Virus record (IMG/VR): IMGVR_UViG_2563366958_000002
Length of the DNA: 19,314 bases
Direction: 5' to 3' (one strand)
Source of the DNA: a virus
Taxonomy: Duplodnaviria > Heunggongvirae > Uroviricota > Caudoviricetes
Shown here in pieces: positions 9,003 through 17,576 of this stretch. The notes beneath the pieces are model-generated. The model searched no databases. It was given only the letters and a program-made list of their open reading frames with translations, and was not told where the DNA came from. Made by a program: the position numbers and the translations under genes. Position 1 is the stretch's first letter, and each line of letters begins with the position of its first letter.

Positions 9003-9445
9003 TTACTTAAGACCTCATCAATAGCCTGATTCATTCGCTGTATGGCAATCCGTGCTGCCAGTTCCTCTGTCGTATCGAAAGCCGGGCGAATGAATGGATG
9101 CGCGGGCATGTTTATCGTTCCCAGCTCCACAAAGCGCCAGTAAAATGCATTTCGGGGATCGCTGGCTTTCATGCTGTTATCACTGTTTCCGGTTCGCAGG
9201 TTCCGTCCGCGAATGTGGACACCCGAGATAATTTCCCCCCGACGCTTTGAACGCTGAGTGAGAACAACCACATTTTTCTTCAGTTTCCCGGTTCGCTCCG
9301 GCGCACGTTCAACAACTGCATCCCGCATAACTTCAGCACCGGCACGGGTGGCATCGCGCAGAACCTTATTGTTTTCTGCCCTGCTGAGCGTCTCCAGATC
9401 CCGTGCAATATCCGCCAGGCCGGAAAAATCAAGACTGAAATCCAT
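8999..9445 (-). CDS. Neck / tail-component protein (HK97 gp10-like position)
   Basis: Track ORF 8999..9448 (MMDFSLDFSGLADIARDLETLSRAENNKVLRDATRAGAEV...). The ATG at 9445 overlaps the stop of the upstream gene. Assigned by synteny between head-closure and tail-terminator genes. Confidence 0.6.
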   Translation of the reverse strand: MDFSLDFSGLADIARDLETLSRAENNKVLRDATRAGAEVMRDAVVERAPERTGKLKKNVVVLTQRSKRRGEIISGVHIRGRNLRTGNSDNSMKASDPRNAFYWRFVELGTINMPAHPFIRPAFDTTEELAARIAIQRMNQAIDEVLSK

Positions 9446-9783
9446 CACACATTCCCCTTCAGGCTGCAGAGTATTTCAAGCCGGGTAGCGCGTGCATCCG
9501 GTATTGGTGGACCTTCTATACCCAGAATGGCCCCTTTAAATGCACCGGTCAGCACTTTCAGACGTGAAGTCGCTGTCACATCGCGCCGGAATCTCATCCA
9601 GACTCTGACCGTAGCCTGAGCGGTTTCTGCTCCGCCTGAGATTATCTCCCTCCCGCTGATACCCTTAACTTCTGCCCATACGGTAGCTCCCTCCGTCACC
9701 GTCTCCACCGGATGCCCTGACGGAGAGCGGGCGGTGGTGACATTCAGAATAATTACGCGATCACGTAATCTGCCCGCCTGCAT
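9445..9783 (-). CDS. Head closure / head-tail adaptor protein
   Basis: 112-aa ORF MQAGRLRDRVIILNVTTARSPSGHPVETVTEGATVWAEVKGISGREIISGG..., with AGGAGGAG just upstream. Typical size and position, second gene after the capsid; family inferred. Confidence 0.62.
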   Translation of the reverse strand: MQAGRLRDRVIILNVTTARSPSGHPVETVTEGATVWAEVKGISGREIISGGAETAQATVRVWMRFRRDVTATSRLKVLTGAFKGAILGIEGPPIPDARATRLEILCSLKGNV

Positions 9784-9791
9784 GTCTCCTC

Positions 9792-10109
9792 CTACAAAGG
9801 AATAAAACGATAAGGCTCCAGCAGAGAAGAAAAACCAAACGGGACTGGTGCCTTGCTGACATCTGAGGAATTTTCCCGGTTTTCGTACCAGTGCCCGACC
9901 AGCAACATGAGCGCCAGCAAAACATCATCAGCTATAAGCACCCCTTCAGGATCACCTTCCGGCACCGTCTCCTCATAAAGCTTACGGTTGATAAAATTTT
10001 CTGCCTTGCGGCAGGCAGCCCGGAAATACAGCATCAGTAACTCATCATCAGTTGCATCATCTGTATCAATACGGCACTGCGCCCTGAGTTTTTCCACTAT
10101 TGCTGCCAT
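9792..10109 (-). CDS. Head-tail connector protein (gp6-like)
   Basis: Track ORF 9792..10289 trimmed to the ATG at 10109 (MAAIVEKLRAQCRIDTDDATDDELLMLYFRAACRKAENFINRKLYEE...) with CAGGAG 6 nt upstream. The upstream part of the track ORF overlaps the hairpins and the capsid gene end. Confidence 0.6.
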   Translation of the reverse strand: MAAIVEKLRAQCRIDTDDATDDELLMLYFRAACRKAENFINRKLYEETVPEGDPEGVLIADDVLLALMLLVGHWYENRENSSDVSKAPVPFGFSSLLEPYRFIPL

Positions 10110-10120
10110 CAGAAACTCCT

Positions 10121-10164
10121 GCCCGCAACACTGTGCGGGCATAAAAAAACCGCGTCGGCGCGGT
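10121..10164 (-). terminator. Tandem hairpins after the major capsid gene: a terminator-like hairpin with U7, then a second hairpin abutting the connector SD
   Basis: Minus strand ACCGCG-CCGA-CGCGGU UUUUUUU A U GCCCGCA-CAGUGU-UGCGGGC AGGAG ... AUG. Both stems are perfect inverted repeats. Confidence 0.45.
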
Positions 10165-10185
10165 CTGTAACTGAACAACGAGTGG

Positions 10186-11403
10186 TTATTTGCCAGTGAG
10201 CGCCTTGATGGCTGCCACATCTTCCAGCACACAGTCAAAACGATGGAAAGCCAGAAATGCCACCTGATCAAACTCAGCATAACGCTCAACCAGACGTTTC
10301 AGTTCCATATAAGTAACGCGGCGAATGATAAAGCGGTTGAAATCCCCCAGGAAAATGAATTTTTTTCCGGTACCAATCCCGTCAATAGCCTGATCAATAA
10401 CATAAGGGATCCCCAGCACAGTAGCCGGCGTACCGCCTGCAATATCCGGCAGCCATAACGGGCGTTTCTGCCCATCCTCCATCTCTTCAATAGTCTGCAA
10501 TGTGGCATCATTGAATGCCCAGCGGTATTTCGGCCCACCACGATATGCCGGATCAATGGCATGTTTCAGGGCATTCATTTCTTTCCAGGTGAAAGCGGCA
10601 GAGGCTGCAGTCTGGATGGTTCCCGTCACCGACGCTGCCAGCCCTTTTGGCTGTAACGGTGATCCCGTTCCGGTCCCCTGAACCAGATATTTTGCCTCTC
10701 CACGACCAATACGCTGGGCAATACGGTTTGCCAGATAAGATTCAATATCCACCCCACTGTCCTGGAGCAGCTCATTGGACACACGAATTATTTTTGATGA
10801 CAGCTTTTTAGCCCCCAGAATAGCGGTCCCGAACGTCACATCCTGTTCCGTTGCGGCTGTATTTTCCGCCAGCAGTTCGCCCTCTTCAGTCGTGCCATCA
10901 GACGTTGACCAGGTGATATCCTGCCCGGTTGATGTGGTCAGAAGTTGCGCCACACTGGCAATCCCGCCATAAGCCTTCATGGTGTCAATGATTTTGTTAC
11001 GCATCTGCGTGGGCACCGTATATCCGCCCTGAGAATCCGTTGTTACACTCTGAGCCCGCAGTTCACGCATCAGATTACGCTCTTCAGCATTCAGTTCTGC
11101 AAATCCGGCACGCAGAAAACGGTTAAATGCCGCAGCGCGCTTCTCTTCCACCGCCTTTTTCCCGTTCTCCGCCTCATTATTCTGGCGCTCTTCCGGCCCG
11201 GACTCATCCACATATGCCTGATCCTGACGGCGCAACTCTTCTTCACGGGCGATTTGCTCATCCAGCGCATCCAGCTCAGCTTTCGCCCTGTTCCACTCTG
11301 CCCGTTGCTCATCAGTCCATGCGTTATCACCAATTTTTTCATGCAGTGCACGCATATCCTTTGCAATGGTGTTTCGTTTTTGCTTCATCTCATGAAGTTT
11401 CAT
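10186..11403 (-). CDS. Major capsid protein, HK97 fold
   Basis: 405-aa ORF with an N-terminal charged coiled-coil (delta-domain-like, ...EQRAEWNRAKAELDALDEQIAREEELRRQDQ...) followed by a body I recognise as HK97-family capsid protein. Directly downstream of the prohead protease. Confidence 0.88.
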   Translation of the reverse strand: MKLHEMKQKRNTIAKDMRALHEKIGDNAWTDEQRAEWNRAKAELDALDEQIAREEELRRQDQAYVDESGPEERQNNEAENGKKAVEEKRAAAFNRFLRAGFAELNAEERNLMRELRAQSVTTDSQGGYTVPTQMRNKIIDTMKAYGGIASVAQLLTTSTGQDITWSTSDGTTEEGELLAENTAATEQDVTFGTAILGAKKLSSKIIRVSNELLQDSGVDIESYLANRIAQRIGRGEAKYLVQGTGTGSPLQPKGLAASVTGTIQTAASAAFTWKEMNALKHAIDPAYRGGPKYRWAFNDATLQTIEEMEDGQKRPLWLPDIAGGTPATVLGIPYVIDQAIDGIGTGKKFIFLGDFNRFIIRRVTYMELKRLVERYAEFDQVAFLAFHRFDCVLEDVAAIKALTGK

Positions 11404-11417
11404 CGTCAGTAGTATCC

Positions 11418-12017
11418 TTATGCATTAAGAAGGGTCAAAAGACGCTCACGCGCCATTCGTTCGTTAACAGCTTTCTTCAGCGCACCACTCGCCCGCGCTT
11501 CCTGCCAGGCTTTCATTGAGCGGACACCAGAGTCTGCGTCCTGATAGGCCGGATATGTCACCGGGCTGACGTCATACAGACGAGAAATGCGCGTGATTTC
11601 CCGGATAACAATCCCCTCGTCGTCTTCATACCAGCTCTCTCCGTCACGGGCGACACGAAACGCGAACGAGGACTGATTAATGTCACCACGCAACATTGGA
11701 GACAGCACCAGGTCACAAATAGTCGGAGTATCCGGTGCAACAATGTCATAACGTAAACCGCGTTCATCCACCGACAATGACAACGTGCCGGCAGAACTTC
11801 GTCCGAGAATGAAATTAGGATCATGATTAAACAAGCCACGTACATCATCATTCAGTACATCATCAAAAGCCCCCGGCTTGATGATTTCACGAAATCCCCA
11901 CAGAGGTTCTGAACGACTGTTAAATACCGAGCCATACCCCAGAATGTGGGTCGGGGCATTATCATATTGTTCCGCCCGCACCTCCCCGCTGTAACAGCGC
12001 GTTTCACGGTCATTCAT
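11418..12017 (-). CDS. Prohead maturation protease (HK97 family)
   Basis: 199-aa ORF MNDRETRCYSGEVRAEQYDNAPTHILGYGSVFNSRSEPLWGFREIIKPGAFDD... Overlaps the portal gene end by 8 nt; canonical portal-protease-capsid order. Confidence 0.88.
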   Translation of the reverse strand: MNDRETRCYSGEVRAEQYDNAPTHILGYGSVFNSRSEPLWGFREIIKPGAFDDVLNDDVRGLFNHDPNFILGRSSAGTLSLSVDERGLRYDIVAPDTPTICDLVLSPMLRGDINQSSFAFRVARDGESWYEDDEGIVIREITRISRLYDVSPVTYPAYQDADSGVRSMKAWQEARASGALKKAVNERMARERLLTLLNA

Positions 12018-13236
12018 CGTTCTTTTCCTCTTTGCCTTTCGTATCTTTAAAGTTATTCAACGGATTTGCTGCATTTACGCTGACCAGCATTTCATCCAGA
12101 CCGTCAACCGGGTTCATATCCTCAAATGCCCTGGCTTCATTCCGACTCATCCAGCCATCTGTAATGGCAAAGTGATAGAACTGCGCACGCTCCTGTGGGG
12201 TCCCACGGAGCAACCCCGTGAGGTTGAAACGAACGTAATACCCGGCAGCCCGTTCTGTACGGGTAAACAGGCGACGGTTAAGCTCCTGCTCCCAGTTCGC
12301 AACCCAGGGCATCATCGTGTAGCGAACAAACTGAATCGCCTGCTGCGTAATATTCGAAAATGTGGCTTTTTCCAGGTCATTAATCATGTGCGCCGGGACA
12401 TTAAAAATCCCGGCAATCATCGACCGGTTCAGCTTGGTCATATCAATGATCTGAGCATCCACCGGAGAAACTGTCAGAGCGCGGTAATCCAGTTGCGCAG
12501 GCAGCAACATGGTTTTATTTTCCTGGCTGCGAAGCGCTGTCACCGCCCGCTGCCACATATTTTTAAGCCTGCCCCAGCTTTGTTCGTTCAGTTCATTTTT
12601 CACAGAAATAATACCGGCAGGACGGGCATTACCGTTAAAAAAGGCGCTGGTATACTGCTGGCCACTCATTCCCATACCAATGGTTTCAGCATGCTGCATG
12701 ATCGGGCTCAGTCCCATTTTCTGATTGTTTCCCAGCGCCCTGATATGGATCATGTCGTCCGGACTTACCGCAAATGCACCCTCTTCGTTATACACCCCGT
12801 AAGTATGACGCCCACCGGTGTTAAGTAACGTGGTTTCCCATGGCATACAGCATTCAAGGCTGGTAACCTCTCCACGACGATTACGTTTTACCCACGTATA
12901 ACCATTGCCCCACCCCAGCACATGACGCTGCTTCAGTTCCCGCCACTTATAGCTGGTCTGCCAGGCATTAGGTTCATCATGAACGAGCCAGAACAACGGA
13001 TGATCGCGTGCCGGCTGAACATGCTCATTCGTTTTTCGCATCACATGCAGGGGCATCTGAGCCACACTGGATGAAATAACATAAATACAGGCATAGACAG
13101 CAGCCAGCTTCATGGATGTTTCCGGACTGACATACACATCCCGGGCAAAAATATTATCCGTCTCAGCGGCCTCTCCGGTTACCGGAACCGAGGGATTTTC
13201 CAGAGGCTCACTGCGAAACAGAGCATCAAGAAGCAT
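12010..13236 (-). CDS. Portal protein
   Basis: 408-aa ORF immediately downstream of the terminase large subunit; ATG at 13236 with GAGGAG 5 nt upstream. Size and position typical of HK97-type portals. Confidence 0.88.
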   Translation of the reverse strand: MLLDALFRSEPLENPSVPVTGEAAETDNIFARDVYVSPETSMKLAAVYACIYVISSSVAQMPLHVMRKTNEHVQPARDHPLFWLVHDEPNAWQTSYKWRELKQRHVLGWGNGYTWVKRNRRGEVTSLECCMPWETTLLNTGGRHTYGVYNEEGAFAVSPDDMIHIRALGNNQKMGLSPIMQHAETIGMGMSGQQYTSAFFNGNARPAGIISVKNELNEQSWGRLKNMWQRAVTALRSQENKTMLLPAQLDYRALTVSPVDAQIIDMTKLNRSMIAGIFNVPAHMINDLEKATFSNITQQAIQFVRYTMMPWVANWEQELNRRLFTRTERAAGYYVRFNLTGLLRGTPQERAQFYHFAITDGWMSRNEARAFEDMNPVDGLDEMLVSVNAANPLNNFKDTKGKEEKNDE

Positions 13237-13366
13237 GTTTTCTCCTCATGGACACCACCAGTGCATAAAGCAGCAACAAACAGCCCGACAGCATCAGAGA
13301 CGCTGGCAGACCTGCATACAGATAAACGCCAGCAGTGAGCAAACCGAAACCGATCAGCCCGGTCAT
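13226..13366 (-). CDS. Candidate small hydrophobic protein (46 aa) in the gap between terminase large subunit and portal
   Basis: Hand-translated: MTGLIGFGLLTAGVYLYAGLPASLMLSGCFLLLYALVVSMRRKHAS, with two hydrophobic stretches and a basic C-terminus. Starts 17 nt after the TerL stop and overlaps the portal start by 11 nt. No clear SD. Below the ORF-track size cutoff. Confidence 0.3.
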   Translation of the reverse strand: MTGLIGFGLLTAGVYLYAGLPASLMLSGCLLLLYALVVSMRRKHAS

Positions 13367-13383
13367 ATCAGTAATAAGCTGTT

Positions 13384-15141
13384 TCACAGAATTAACAGGT
13401 CCTCATCAGGATCAAGCGTGGACAGAAAGTCATTCACGCCCCCTCCATTTACCAGAAAGCGGCTCATGGCTGTAAAAAGCGCAACAGGGCCGTCGATTTT
13501 GGCTTCCGGCGTGGATTTATTCGGGAAGATGTTGTCGTTTTTGTCCGGTTTTACAGTAACGTTAGACATCATCCAGTTCATGACCGGATGATTGCTGTGA
13601 TGGAAACGCCCGGCATAAACCAGTGATTCCGTTTCCTTCATGGCCTCTGACAGATTGCGGACCGTCTGCGGAACCTCCACCAGCGGTATCCCTTCTTCAG
13701 CCAGTGCCAGGCTGAACTGCATTGCGCTCCACGGGTCAAATCCCAGTTCCCTGAGGTTTTCACCGCCAATCCATTCCAGTAAGTCACTTTTTATCTGAGC
13801 ATGATCGATAACATCACCATCCGTCAGGATGAGCTTATCCATCTCCGCCCACTTCCGGTAAAGTTCTGCCTGCTGCCGCGAGCATCGTTCCAGCCGTCCT
13901 TCCGGAAGCCAGAATTTAAAATCAGCATGAACATGTCCGTTATCGGTTCGCCAGAGTTTTGCCGCCGCACAGATATCAATCTTATGAGCAAGGTCGACGC
14001 CGACCCACATGGGATATGTTTTCAGCTCATGTTGTGGAGCAATGTATTCGCACTTCTCCCACTTAATCATATCCATCCAGGCAGATTCGGCAGTGACCCA
14101 CACATTCATGTGTTTGGTAAAAAAATTCACCCGCGCAGAGACCTGCTCCTTCGCTTTTTTCGCCAGACGACGCAGATCATCCCAGCGTTTACAGATGCCC
14201 AGGCCAGGATTCGCTTTCTGCCAGACCGTTTCATCAAACGGATCATCTCCCTCATCAAGCGTGTAAATGATCGCAAAGTAAGAGTCGTCTTTTACAGCGC
14301 CCTCCACGTCGCTGTTATAGCCTCGCAATACCTTGATGGCGTAATCACGCTGCTCGTAACAAATCCCTTCCTTGTTAAAGCCAGCCGTGGTGATACCAAA
14401 TAACAGGGACTGCAGACGGGCACCGGTTGCCGTTTCCAGAACGTCCCACACGTCGCGGGTTTTATGTGCATGCAGCTCATCAATAATGGCGCAGTGGATG
14501 TTCAGACCGTCCAGGTTGTTTGCATCCGAGGAAAGCGGTTCAAATTTTGATGCGCTCTGCTCCTGGTAAATCGCCAGCTTGTTGAAATCAAACAACCGCC
14601 CGAGTGTCGACCGGGCTTTTCTGACCATATTTTTGGCGTCTTCAAACACGATTCTGGCCTGGTCAAGCGTGGTTGCGGCTGAATACACCTCAGCTCCGCC
14701 TTCACTATCTGCCCCCGTCATATACAGGCCGATACCCGATGACAGTGTTGATTTTGCGTTTTTACGGGCGACTTCGTTGTACGCCGTCCGGAACCGGCGC
14801 ACCATCACCGGACGTCCGCTGCCATCGCTGCGCATGACAACTTCCCCGGTTTCTTCATTGACCAGCGGAATGACAAAACCAAAAATATTAATGAGGATAA
14901 ATACATGCCAGTCCATCAACTCAATGGGCTGGCCTGCCAGTGCCCCTTTTACATGAGGCACAAATTTGTAGAAATTCAGGATGTGCTGCGCACGGGGTTC
15001 ACTGAAATAAATCCCCCGCTTTTCGCCGTACTTCAGATCATCAAGAAAACGCTGGCAGGCCAGGCGGACAAATTCGCCAGCAACAATTTCTCCTGCAACA
15101 ACACGTTCGGCGTAGCGGATCCCGTCAGCCACTTTTGCCAT
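13384..15141 (-). CDS. Terminase large subunit
   Basis: 585-aa ORF MAKVADGIRYAERVVAGEIVAGEFVRLACQRFLDDLKYGEKRGIYF...; size and position typical. Its ATG overlaps the TerS stop (ATGA). Confidence 0.92.
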   Translation of the reverse strand: MAKVADGIRYAERVVAGEIVAGEFVRLACQRFLDDLKYGEKRGIYFSEPRAQHILNFYKFVPHVKGALAGQPIELMDWHVFILINIFGFVIPLVNEETGEVVMRSDGSGRPVMVRRFRTAYNEVARKNAKSTLSSGIGLYMTGADSEGGAEVYSAATTLDQARIVFEDAKNMVRKARSTLGRLFDFNKLAIYQEQSASKFEPLSSDANNLDGLNIHCAIIDELHAHKTRDVWDVLETATGARLQSLLFGITTAGFNKEGICYEQRDYAIKVLRGYNSDVEGAVKDDSYFAIIYTLDEGDDPFDETVWQKANPGLGICKRWDDLRRLAKKAKEQVSARVNFFTKHMNVWVTAESAWMDMIKWEKCEYIAPQHELKTYPMWVGVDLAHKIDICAAAKLWRTDNGHVHADFKFWLPEGRLERCSRQQAELYRKWAEMDKLILTDGDVIDHAQIKSDLLEWIGGENLRELGFDPWSAMQFSLALAEEGIPLVEVPQTVRNLSEAMKETESLVYAGRFHHSNHPVMNWMMSNVTVKPDKNDNIFPNKSTPEAKIDGPVALFTAMSRFLVNGGGVNDFLSTLDPDEDLLIL

Positions 15142-15623
15142 CAGTCTCTCGCTTTTAAAAGCTCTGCCAGCGGATCAACATTATCCGGTCCGGCGGTATT
15201 TACTTTTGCCCGGCTTGCCGGTGACATACCAAATTCTGCAAGCATCGCCCGGATCCGCTTCCAGGCATCCGCTTTCATCGCAGCAGCCGGGTGTGCCTTA
15301 ATCAGCACATCACCGTTCTGCGTTTCCGAGCGGTAGGTGTACCCCTCAACATCGAGTGTTTCGCAGTGATGCCGGTATTCGGTATAGGCTTCCACCAGTA
15401 GCTCAAGCGCACGCGCATCAAGCTGAGAAATGATCCCTTCCGCATTCAGCTCTTCCGCCATTCGCCTGAACCAGTACTTCCCCTGCGCCCCTAAATGTTG
15501 CGGAATTTTAGGGAGACCTTTTTCATCCTTTTTAGCGGTTTTTTTGAGGTCTTTAACTGGCCGCTTTGAGGGGTTGCCTCGTATCAAATGCAGGCGTGGC
15601 GGGATTTTCGGGTGTCCAGACAT
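15141..15623 (-). CDS. Terminase small subunit (P27-family-like)
   Basis: 160-aa ORF MSGHPKIPPRLHLIRGNPSKRPVKDLKKTAKKDEKGLPKIPQHLGAQGKYWFRRMAEELNAEGIISQLD... Directly upstream of and translationally coupled to the large subunit. Confidence 0.8.
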   Translation of the reverse strand: MSGHPKIPPRLHLIRGNPSKRPVKDLKKTAKKDEKGLPKIPQHLGAQGKYWFRRMAEELNAEGIISQLDARALELLVEAYTEYRHHCETLDVEGYTYRSETQNGDVLIKAHPAAAMKADAWKRIRAMLAEFGMSPASRAKVNTAGPDNVDPLAELLKARD

Positions 15624-15770
15624 AATCGGTTTTACCTATCAATCATTTAATCACATTCCAAAAAAAAGTTTTCGAACCTGCGGCGATGCGAGGAAAGGTC
15701 AGGCGGCGGTACTGAGCAGCCAGGGTTGCAGAGATTTGACCCGCCCCTCCCCTACAGATGGGAACTGTTA
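15624..15770. other. Candidate cos / packaging-initiation region between HNH endonuclease and terminase small subunit
   Basis: 147-bp non-coding spacer with a G+C-rich core (ggcggcggtactgagcagccagggttgcagagatttgacccgcccctcccc). In HK97-like phages cos lies between the terminal HNH gene and the small terminase gene. Positional inference only; no cos consensus verified. Confidence 0.3.
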
Positions 15771-16121
15771 TCAATTGATGCGTTCGCGCGCTGTTTTTGC
15801 TTTATGACAGGGCCAGCACAGACTCTGCAGGTTACTGTCTGCATCTGTGCCACCATGAGCTTTCGGAATGATGTGGTCCACAGTTCTGGCTTCAACGGCT
15901 CTCCCATTGCGCAGGCAGTTCTGACACAGATGATTATCACGCTTCAGTATGCGCGCACGTATGGCATCCCATTTCGAACCATAGCCACGCTGGTGGCGAC
16001 TCAGTCCTCGTTGATGCTGTACCCATCCTTCGCCACGATGTTTATCGCAGTAACCAGAACTGTCTGTGGTTGTTCCTGCACATCCACGCTTACGGCAGGC
16101 ACGTGGGATTAGTGATGGCAT
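15771..16121 (-). CDS. HNH endonuclease (terminase-associated)
   Basis: 116-aa ORF with Cys-rich N-terminus (CRKRGCAG...CDKH) and HNH core ...CQNCLRNGRAVEARTVDHIIPKAHGGTDADSNLQSLCWPCHKAKT. ATG at 16121 with GAGG upstream. Confidence 0.85.
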   Translation of the reverse strand: MPSLIPRACRKRGCAGTTTDSSGYCDKHRGEGWVQHQRGLSRHQRGYGSKWDAIRARILKRDNHLCQNCLRNGRAVEARTVDHIIPKAHGGTDADSNLQSLCWPCHKAKTARERIN

Positions 16122-16163
16122 AAATACCTCATACCCTGCGAAATGTTTACCACGATAAAAAGG

Positions 16164-16628
16164 CTACTTAATGCACTGAGTGCGGATATACTCCTGTGCC
16201 CCTTCCAGTTGCATCTGCATCGTCATCAGCCGCTCTCTGAGGGTGAAATAATCCCGTTCAGCGGTGTCTTCCAGTCGGGGGCTGGTTGCATTATCCACGC
16301 CGGAGGCGGTGGTGGCTTCACGCACTGACTGACAGACTGCTTTGATGTGCAACCGACGACGACCAGCGGCAACATCAGCGCGCAGAGTTTCATTTTCAGC
16401 TTTCGCATTGGCTAATTCTCTCGAGTACTTTGCATCGAGCGCAGCAACATCACGCTGACGCTGCTGCATGTCAGCGATGGTGGCGATCGCCAGCTTCAGC
16501 TCACTGACTTTTTTATCACGCTGTTCTTTGTAGGCGATGGCGTTATCACGGTAATGATTGACCGCCCACGACAGGCAGACGATGATGCAGATAACCAGAG
16601 CATAAATAATCGCGGCGACTCTGCTCAC
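16164..16628 (-). CDS. Rz: Spanin inner-membrane subunit Rz (i-spanin)
   Basis: Track ORF 16164..16643. Translation ...[38 protein letters not shown]...[33 protein letters not shown]...DYFTLRERL... is recognised as very close to lambda Rz. Likely start is the GTG at 16628 overlapping the endolysin stop (GTGA), with GGGGGA upstream. Confidence 0.88.
   Translation of the reverse strand: MSRVAAIIYALVICIIVCLSWAVNHYRDNAIAYKEQRDKKVSELKLAIATIADMQQRQRDVAALDAKYSRELANAKAENETLRADVAAGRRRLHIKAVCQSVREATTASGVDNATSPRLEDTAERDYFTLRERLMTMQMQLEGAQEYIRTQCIK
16226..16408 (-). CDS. Rz1: Spanin outer-membrane lipoprotein subunit Rz1 (o-spanin), embedded within Rz in another frame
   Basis: 60-aa [63 protein letters not shown] with a lipobox (VVGC), proline-rich stretch, and near-identity to lambda Rz1 from memory. 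Entirely inside Rz. Confidence 0.88.
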   Translation of the reverse strand: MRKLKMKLCALMLPLVVVGCTSKQSVSQCVKPPPPPAWIMQPAPDWKTPLNGIISPSESG

Positions 16629-17158
16629 TGATCTATCCCCCAACAGGCTAATGCGCTTTCCTGGTCACGACGAATAACCTGTCCATAGCAGTTATTTGAA
16701 CGTATGCGGCAATCGCGCCCACCATCTATTATCCACCAGCGAATCGCCTCGCATGCGCCCTTACGATCACCGGCATTCAGCCGCTTATAAAACGTCGACG
16801 GAAAACACTTACCGGGGCCAATGTTATAGGGACAAAATGACGCGATACCCGCTTTTTGTGGTTCAGTCAGTGGTACTTTAATATTGCGCTCCACCCATGC
16901 CAGCGCCTTATCACGCTCAATGGCGTTGACCTGGTCGCATTTTTCCTTCGACAGTTTCATACCGGGAAAAACGGGTTTTCCATCCACCATCGTGGCACCC
17001 CGACAGATGGTCCAGATGCCGGACCCATCGCGGTATGCCGTTGTGTGGTTACCTTCTTTTTCATCCAGAAACTGGTCGAGAATATCAGGCGCGGGCGCAC
17101 CGACGGCAATCAGTGCCAGAACGGCAGCCGACAGGCCGTATCTGATTTTTGCGTTCAT
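16625..17158 (-). CDS. R: SAR endolysin (family 24 lysozyme / muramidase)
   Basis: 177-aa ORF with a Gly/Ala-rich weakly hydrophobic N-terminus ([17 protein letters not shown], signal-anchor-release type) and a T4-lysozyme-like catalytic arrangement E-x8-D-x5-T ([16 protein letters not shown]). Confidence 0.88.
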   Translation of the reverse strand: MNAKIRYGLSAAVLALIAVGAPAPDILDQFLDEKEGNHTTAYRDGSGIWTICRGATMVDGKPVFPGMKLSKEKCDQVNAIERDKALAWVERNIKVPLTEPQKAGIASFCPYNIGPGKCFPSTFYKRLNAGDRKGACEAIRWWIIDGGRDCRIRSNNCYGQVIRRDQESALACWGIDQ

Positions 17159-17221
17159 GGATATTTATCAGGATTTATCGGTTTCTGCCCACGGACAGGT
17201 TTATCTGTTCCGGTCAGTGAC

Positions 17222-17572
17222 TTAAGGTTGTGATTCCGGAGGAGTCTTCAGAGAACCAGTAATTCTTCCTGGTAGCTTTCCTTTGTAGGTTATCCACACA
17301 TTCTGCGCATCTAAAATTACGGGGCGCTTTTCCGGCGGCTGCTCATCCCCTTCACATAACCCGGCAGCAACATCCAGGAAGACCTGTCTGATGCTCCTTC
17401 TGGCTGCTGCCTCATAAAACTCCAGCGCGGCACCTTCAACACGGTCCAGCGAGATGTCCAGGTCAAAAATTTCACCGTCAAAGCGTTTTTTGTCCCGTAA
17501 CGCTAAAGTTACCGTAACTTTATTCTCAAAATTGCGGATCCCTTTCACAATCAGTTCATAGTTTTGAGTCAT
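17222..17572 (-). CDS. Hypothetical protein (116 aa) inserted between pinholin and endolysin
   Basis: ORF MTQNYELIVKGIRNFENKVTVTLALRDKKRFDGEIFDLDISLDRVEGAALEFYEAAARRSIRQVFLDVAAGLCEGDEQPPEKRPVILDAQNVWITYKGKLPGRITGSLKTPPESQP. ATG lies 4 nt after the pinholin stop, with GGAGAG upstream. No transmembrane segment or signal peptide. Not recognised. Confidence 0.6.
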   Translation of the reverse strand: MTQNYELIVKGIRNFENKVTVTLALRDKKRFDGEIFDLDISLDRVEGAALEFYEAAARRSIRQVFLDVAAGLCEGDEQPPEKRPVILDAQNVWITYKGKLPGRITGSLKTPPESQP

Positions 17573-17576
17573 TGAA

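Noticed and set aside
7594-16121. Remaining overlapping ORFs in alternative frames or antisense across head and packaging genes (for example 12172..12828, 13801..14403, 14905..15336, 15726..16112, 10945..11412)
   Set aside because: All embedded in or antisense to terminase, portal, capsid or HNH genes, with no independent translation signals. The one embedded frame kept is Rz1, which has a recognisable product.
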